Both the position numbers and the translations under genes were made by a program. A DNA stretch of 64,000 bases from a virus, in IMG/VR virus record IMGVR_UViG_3300044568_002024, positions 4,133 through 68,132 of that record; one strand, 5' to 3'. This document shows, in pieces, positions 60,142 through 64,000 of this stretch. The notes beneath the pieces are model-generated. The model was not told where the DNA came from. It worked only from the letters and a program-made list of their open reading frames with translations, and made no database searches. The first letter of the stretch is position 1. Each line of letters begins with the position of its first letter.

Positions 60142-60266
60142 CAAATATAAGTAATTTTTCTGTAAGATCAAAGCATTATTTTTCTTTTTTTTGAACCACA
60201 ACCATTGGTTGTTTCGTGTTCATCATCTTACATTACAAATATAAGGCATAGGCGTGAAAGATCAAA
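60142..60266 (-). promoter_or_regulatory. Tandem early promoters (60142-60172, 60236-60266)
   Basis: Two TTTG-N19-TATATTTG units. Confidence 0.8.
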
Positions 60267-60385
60267 GCACTATTTTGAGATAATCAAATTCATATTTAGA
60301 CTGAATCCAAATAAGGTAGGTTGTATAAGTTGTTGATATGTAAAGACTTACATCCGGCCATAAGTCTTTTGTAATCAATGGGTTA
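60227..60385. repeat. Regulatory unit copy 2
   Basis: See copy 1. Confidence 0.8.
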
Positions 60386-60610
60386 CTGTGGTTTGATTAC
60401 GGCATAGTAGCCAGTCTCAATCTGAATATGCAACTTGTCCTTATTCATTATGCCAACCCTACCATCGCCGGTATCACGAAAATAGTAGTTCATATCCGAT
60501 ACATGAATGAGTTTCCAAGTTCTACGGAAATTGTTTGAGTTTTCCCATATACATTGTATGTAATCATGTATGGATATTATTCCATTATGTTCAGCAACTT
60601 CTGTGTTCAT
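60383..60610 (-). CDS. Hypothetical early protein
   Basis: ATG 60610 with AAGGT SD, downstream of tRNA-like element. Confidence 0.6.
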   Translation of the reverse strand: MNTEVAEHNGIISIHDYIQCIWENSNNFRRTWKLIHVSDMNYYFRDTGDGRVGIMNKDKLHIQIETGYYAVIKPQ

Positions 60611-60629
60611 AGTATAACCTTGAAATTTG

Positions 60630-60708
60630 TAGTCAGGGCAGGACTCGAACCTGATAAGCAACCATTTTCATGGACTCGGAAACCGTTCCTCATTACGCCC
60701 ACCTGACT
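60630..60708 (-). ncRNA. tRNA-like element without canonical anticodon arm
   Basis: AGTCAGG/CCTGACT acceptor stem, CAGG-TTCGAGT-CCTG T arm, irregular D/anticodon region. Confidence 0.65.
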
Positions 60709-60763
60709 AACCGGCATTTTTTATCTATTGAGTGGTTCACCATCCACTCGGTATCTAAAATAA

Positions 60764-61285
60764 TTATTGTCTAAAATAATGACCACGATTTTCAACATAG
60801 TCTTGCATTACAGTTTCCGCGGTTGTTCCCCAATCGATTGCAATATACCAAGGCAAATCTTTTGGTATCACTCCAGTATCTTCTAACAGACGCATAACAA
60901 ATGTCTCGTCATCATCCCATTGACCTTGATACATTTCATTAACATCCTCGAATGGAATATCACATTCGTATGCCGCCTGGAATACCTCTATCTCGTAGGA
61001 ATTATTATCGGAATAGAATATATCACAAAACTCATACAGTTCATCTGTATTGGTTATACCGAGATCTTCTAAATCACCATCGTCTATATGAATTTCAAAA
61101 TCACAATCTTCTTGTGTTATATTTTCAAATTTTTCAAATACACCAACATCTTCTGCTTGATCAAATGCAGCTGATATAATGTCATCGTGATCATAGGTGG
61201 TGTCATCAATGATAACATTTTCGGTTGTTTCACCGCCATCCCAACTAATGTCTACACTAATTTCAAATGTTTGTTTGTCACTCAT
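60764..61285 (-). CDS. ardA: ArdA-like antirestriction DNA mimic
   Basis: Highly acidic; YQGQWDDDETF..IPKDLPWYIAIDW..DYVENRGHYFR. Confidence 0.65.
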   Translation of the reverse strand: MSDKQTFEISVDISWDGGETTENVIIDDTTYDHDDIISAAFDQAEDVGVFEKFENITQEDCDFEIHIDDGDLEDLGITNTDELYEFCDIFYSDNNSYEIEVFQAAYECDIPFEDVNEMYQGQWDDDETFVMRLLEDTGVIPKDLPWYIAIDWGTTAETVMQDYVENRGHYFRQ

Positions 61286-61290
61286 GGTTG

Positions 61291-61548
61291 TTATTCCTGA
61301 ATTTTAATTATTGTAATATCATCGAAATACATTTTGAAAACACCTTCACTATTACGGACAATGGTTGCAATGTGTTCACCATCACCATTGAAATAGTTTA
61401 TTGTGTTCTGTCTTTTTCTGTCTGCCATTTTCTCGTATGTCTTTCCCATGTAGGAAACATAACGGTCTGCCAAGGAACCGGGGACAGCATAACCGAGAAA
61501 CAGGTGCATAGAGTTATTCGTAATGAAATCCTTTATAGTTCTGTTCAC
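61291..61548 (-). CDS. Hypothetical early protein
   Basis: GTG start with AAGGA SD. Confidence 0.6.
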   Translation of the reverse strand: MNRTIKDFITNNSMHLFLGYAVPGSLADRYVSYMGKTYEKMADRKRQNTINYFNGDGEHIATIVRNSEGVFKMYFDDITIIKIQE

Positions 61549-61579
61549 GGTTATGTTTCCTTCGGTATCTAAAATAAAT

Positions 61580-61930
61580 TTATTGTTTGTTTTGATTGCC
61601 TAACAACAATACCAAGCTATCCATCTTTTGTTCTAACTTGGTAAACGATGACCATAAGTCATCCCAATTATCAGAATTGGCATCATCCATATTGTCAGCA
61701 ATGTCACGAGCAATTTGTCTTGTGTCAATATCAACATATTCTGCAATGTTACTACCGATAGTGTATGGATCAATATCATCTACACTACGGCGAATATCAT
61801 CCATTTCATCCTTTATATCTGAAAGGGATTCATTGATACCGCGTTCAATGTCTTCCATTCTTACGATTGCGTTCTGCAGTTCTTCTGCAATAATAGGGGC
61901 GAGGATAGAGGCGAGAAATGTTTTCAACAT
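61580..61930 (-). CDS. Acidic coiled-coil protein
   Basis: AAGGA SD; promoter 61985-62015. Confidence 0.65.
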   Translation of the reverse strand: MLKTFLASILAPIIAEELQNAIVRMEDIERGINESLSDIKDEMDDIRRSVDDIDPYTIGSNIAEYVDIDTRQIARDIADNMDDANSDNWDDLWSSFTKLEQKMDSLVLLLGNQNKQ

Positions 61931-61984
61931 GGCGTTAGTCCTTAATGGTTAATAGTTAATGGTTACTGTATCAATTTTGATATA

Positions 61985-62015
61985 CAAATATAAGTAATTA
62001 TTCTGAAAGATCAAA
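61985..62015 (-). promoter_or_regulatory. Bacteroidota-type early promoter
   Basis: GCTTTGATCT..CTTATATTTGTA. Confidence 0.8.
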
Positions 62016-62018
62016 GCA

Positions 62019-62210
62019 CTATTCATCATTGTTAGTTGGCATTACATCACAGTCCTCAATGGTAATATCCTCCAACTTCATTTCGGAAATATCCTCAATG
62101 GAATTGTTCTTAGCAATCTCAATGAATTTATCTCTGATGTCCAAGTCTGTATCATCTTTGGTTGGTTCTATTACTGCAAAGAACCCGTTATAGCCAACTA
62201 ACTTACTCAT
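62019..62210 (-). CDS. Small acidic protein
   Basis: AAGGA SD. Confidence 0.6.
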   Translation of the reverse strand: MSKLVGYNGFFAVIEPTKDDTDLDIRDKFIEIAKNNSIEDISEMKLEDITIEDCDVMPTNNDE

Positions 62211-62240
62211 ATCAAATCCTTTCGGTATGTAAAATAATTA

Positions 62241-62483
62241 TCAATCCCATTCTGATAAGGTTGGACTTCTATCTTCCATACCACAACGGATAGCCAACTC
62301 AATGTCATGGTGGAACACAACGGTTTCGCCATCAATACTCATGCAGGTAATACCATTGAGTGCATCCCAAAATCTGTCCATGTTTATGCCAGGATAGTTC
62401 TCTAGCAGTTTCATATATTCATCGCGGGTGAAACCGTGTTTGTTTTTCGTTAAACAACTGTTTACTTCTTCTCGAATATCCAT
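62241..62483 (-). CDS. Hypothetical early protein
   Basis: GGAG SD. Confidence 0.65.
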   Translation of the reverse strand: MDIREEVNSCLTKNKHGFTRDEYMKLLENYPGINMDRFWDALNGITCMSIDGETVVFHHDIELAIRCGMEDRSPTLSEWD

Positions 62484-62514
62484 AGCAAAACTCCAACGGT
62501 AACTAAAATAATGC

Positions 62515-62727
62515 TTATACTACATACCAATTAAATACTATATTAACCATCAATGAAATCAATAACAATATGTTTCCCAATATGGCTTCACTCTTATAGA
62601 TATAGTATGCTCCGGCAATGAGACATACCAAACCTGTAATAACATTCCACCCACTTGTTGCAGGTTCAATATAGAATACGGTCAATGTTGCTATGGCCAA
62701 TCCATAACCAATGAGTTTATGTTTCAT
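62515..62727 (-). CDS. Small three-TM membrane protein
   Basis: Hydrophobic helices. Confidence 0.65.
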   Translation of the reverse strand: MKHKLIGYGLAIATLTVFYIEPATSGWNVITGLVCLIAGAYYIYKSEAILGNILLLISLMVNIVFNWYVV

Positions 62728-62750
62728 AAGGATTCCAACGGTATGTAAAA

Positions 62751-62963
62751 TTATCTTCCATGTAATTTGTTGATAGCTTCTGCTATCTCTTGTGGTGTAC
62801 GATAATCATAGTAAGTTGTAATCATAGCACCTTGTACATGAATCTTACTACCATCATATATCTTATTGATACTATCACGGTAGTCTGTTATATCCATAAT
62901 GTAGTCTGGATTTATGTAAGACACCACATTATTATAGGGATTTATTGTTTCAAACAAAACCAT
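62751..62963 (-). CDS. Hypothetical small beta protein
   Basis: ATG 62963 with GGAG SD; YINPDYI..TPQEI. Confidence 0.6.
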   Translation of the reverse strand: MVLFETINPYNNVVSYINPDYIMDITDYRDSINKIYDGSKIHVQGAMITTYYDYRTPQEIAEAINKLHGR

Positions 62964-62994
62964 AACAAAACTCCAACGGTACATAAAATAAAAC

Positions 62995-63840
62995 TTAATC
63001 AGTAAATGGTTCTAATCTCTCTGTTGCTAATCTAGCATCACCTTTAACAAAGACCAATACATTCTGGTGACACTTTGCTATCTTTCTACTACTATTCATA
63101 TACTTGAATGAACGCATTGCAGCTGTTGCAGGTTCCTGTAATAAAACAATATCATTATACAATAGACAACCATTCCTTTCAAATATGTCTATGGTCTTAC
63201 TCACAAACTTTCTATACATACCATTACGGTCTCTGGTATCACCAACAACAATGGCACAAAACCTATTATCACGGAGACTGCTCAAATGTCTTGATAGTAT
63301 CTGTTCGTATGTCACTTCAAACTCGGTATCATTCATGTTGGATATATCACCGGATATATCGGAATATGTTTCAAGGGAATAATACGGCGGACAAGTAAAA
63401 AGAAAATCATGTTCTTCACTATCCCATGTCAATGCATCCGAATGATACCATTGTGGTATTACATCATCACATATTTCCAATGACTGTTCCATATTCGATT
63501 GGACTTGTTCTCCCCGGATGTCAATGCCAATGTAGTGTCTGCCAGTCTTTGAAGCAACTATACCACGAACTGAACCACCTGCAAACGGATCAAAGATAGT
63601 ATCACCTTCTCTTGTGAACCATCTATACATGGCCTCACATAAGACTGGATCGAAGATTGATGTGGACTTCTGTTTTCTTTGCATGAGTTCGGAAAGGGAA
63701 AGGAGATTTTCTTCCCTACCGAGTTCTGATTGAATGCCAAGTGCCAACCAATATCTTCGTCTGTCCTTCCAATACTTTTGCTTCACATCCAATACGGATA
63801 TTGGCGGAACGGTGAATATGTCCTTCAATGTTCTGGTCAA
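62995..63840 (-). CDS. DNA amino-methyltransferase (distinct from the replisome paralogs)
   Basis: SIFDPVLCE, FDPFAGGSVRG, FTCPPYY, HQNVLVFVKG. Confidence 0.85.
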   Translation of the reverse strand: MTRTLKDIFTVPPISVLDVKQKYWKDRRRYWLALGIQSELGREENLLSLSELMQRKQKSTSIFDPVLCEAMYRWFTREGDTIFDPFAGGSVRGIVASKTGRHYIGIDIRGEQVQSNMEQSLEICDDVIPQWYHSDALTWDSEEHDFLFTCPPYYSLETYSDISGDISNMNDTEFEVTYEQILSRHLSSLRDNRFCAIVVGDTRDRNGMYRKFVSKTIDIFERNGCLLYNDIVLLQEPATAAMRSFKYMNSSRKIAKCHQNVLVFVKGDARLATERLEPFTD

Positions 63841-63880
63841 AACAATTCCAACGGTAACTAAAATAAAAATACTGTATATG

Positions 63881-63911
63881 CTAATATAACCAATATACAG
63901 ATAAGATCAAA
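63881..63911 (-). promoter_or_regulatory. Bacteroidota-type early promoter variant
   Basis: TTTGATCTT..TATATTAG, 19-bp spacer. Confidence 0.65.
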
Positions 63912-64000
63912 ACAATTATATGGATAAGATATGAATACTATATGAATAACACATGATACACACTATACAGACATATAAGAATAAGAAGAATAAGATACGG

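Larger units (their letters stand above)
60749..63866 (-). repeat. Dispersed 15-bp intergenic motif CGGTAHVTAAAATWA, 7 copies
   Basis: 60749, 61563, 62223, 62497, 62739, 62977, 63852. Confidence 0.85.

Noticed and set aside
60611-60661. N-terminal extension of ORF 60383-60661
   Set aside because: Runs through the tRNA-like element; ATG 60610 has an SD
60749-63866. CRISPR array interpretation of the 15-bp motif
   Set aside because: Repeats are too short and separated by whole genes of 240-870 bp
63912-64000. Low-complexity ATAAGA/TATGAATA repeats at window end
   Set aside because: Too short and truncated to call a terminus or origin

Overview
AT-rich 64-kb segment of a large T4-like (jumbo-type) dsDNA phage read in the standard genetic code. 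1-47.7 kb (+ strand): replication and nucleotide-metabolism genes (5'-3' exonuclease, DnaB/gp41-type helicase, class II RNR, thioredoxin, dUTPase, family B polymerase, sliding clamp, clamp loader) interleaved with DNA-modification genes (three paralogous amino-methyltransferases, a fold-II PLP enzyme, Nmad1, a T4 alpha-glucosyltransferase-like protein). These are followed by a ~14-kb glycan-biosynthesis cluster, a T9SS-cargo gene pair, a GH19 lysin and probable virion-packaged proteins. 47.8-64 kb (- strand): GroES/GroEL, a holin-like/CHAP pair, tRNA-Leu(TAA), a tRNA-like element and a dense early region of small genes (ArdA-like, ParB-like, a fourth MTase). That early region is driven by repeated Bacteroidota-type TTTG-N19/20-TAnnTT(T/A)G promoters and carries several repeated DNA motifs. 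Main leads: (1) a shared (K/R)FF peptide on the polymerase tail and on DNA-modifying enzymes, suggesting a clamp-tethered, replication-coupled DNA modification system; (2) a Bpt/ATE-like aminoacyl-tRNA-protein transferase; (3) phage-borne T9SS cargo; (4) Fur-box-like and 25-bp palindromes at early promoters; (5) a 15-bp motif marking successive early gene boundaries. All family calls come from motif recognition by eye, not database searches.
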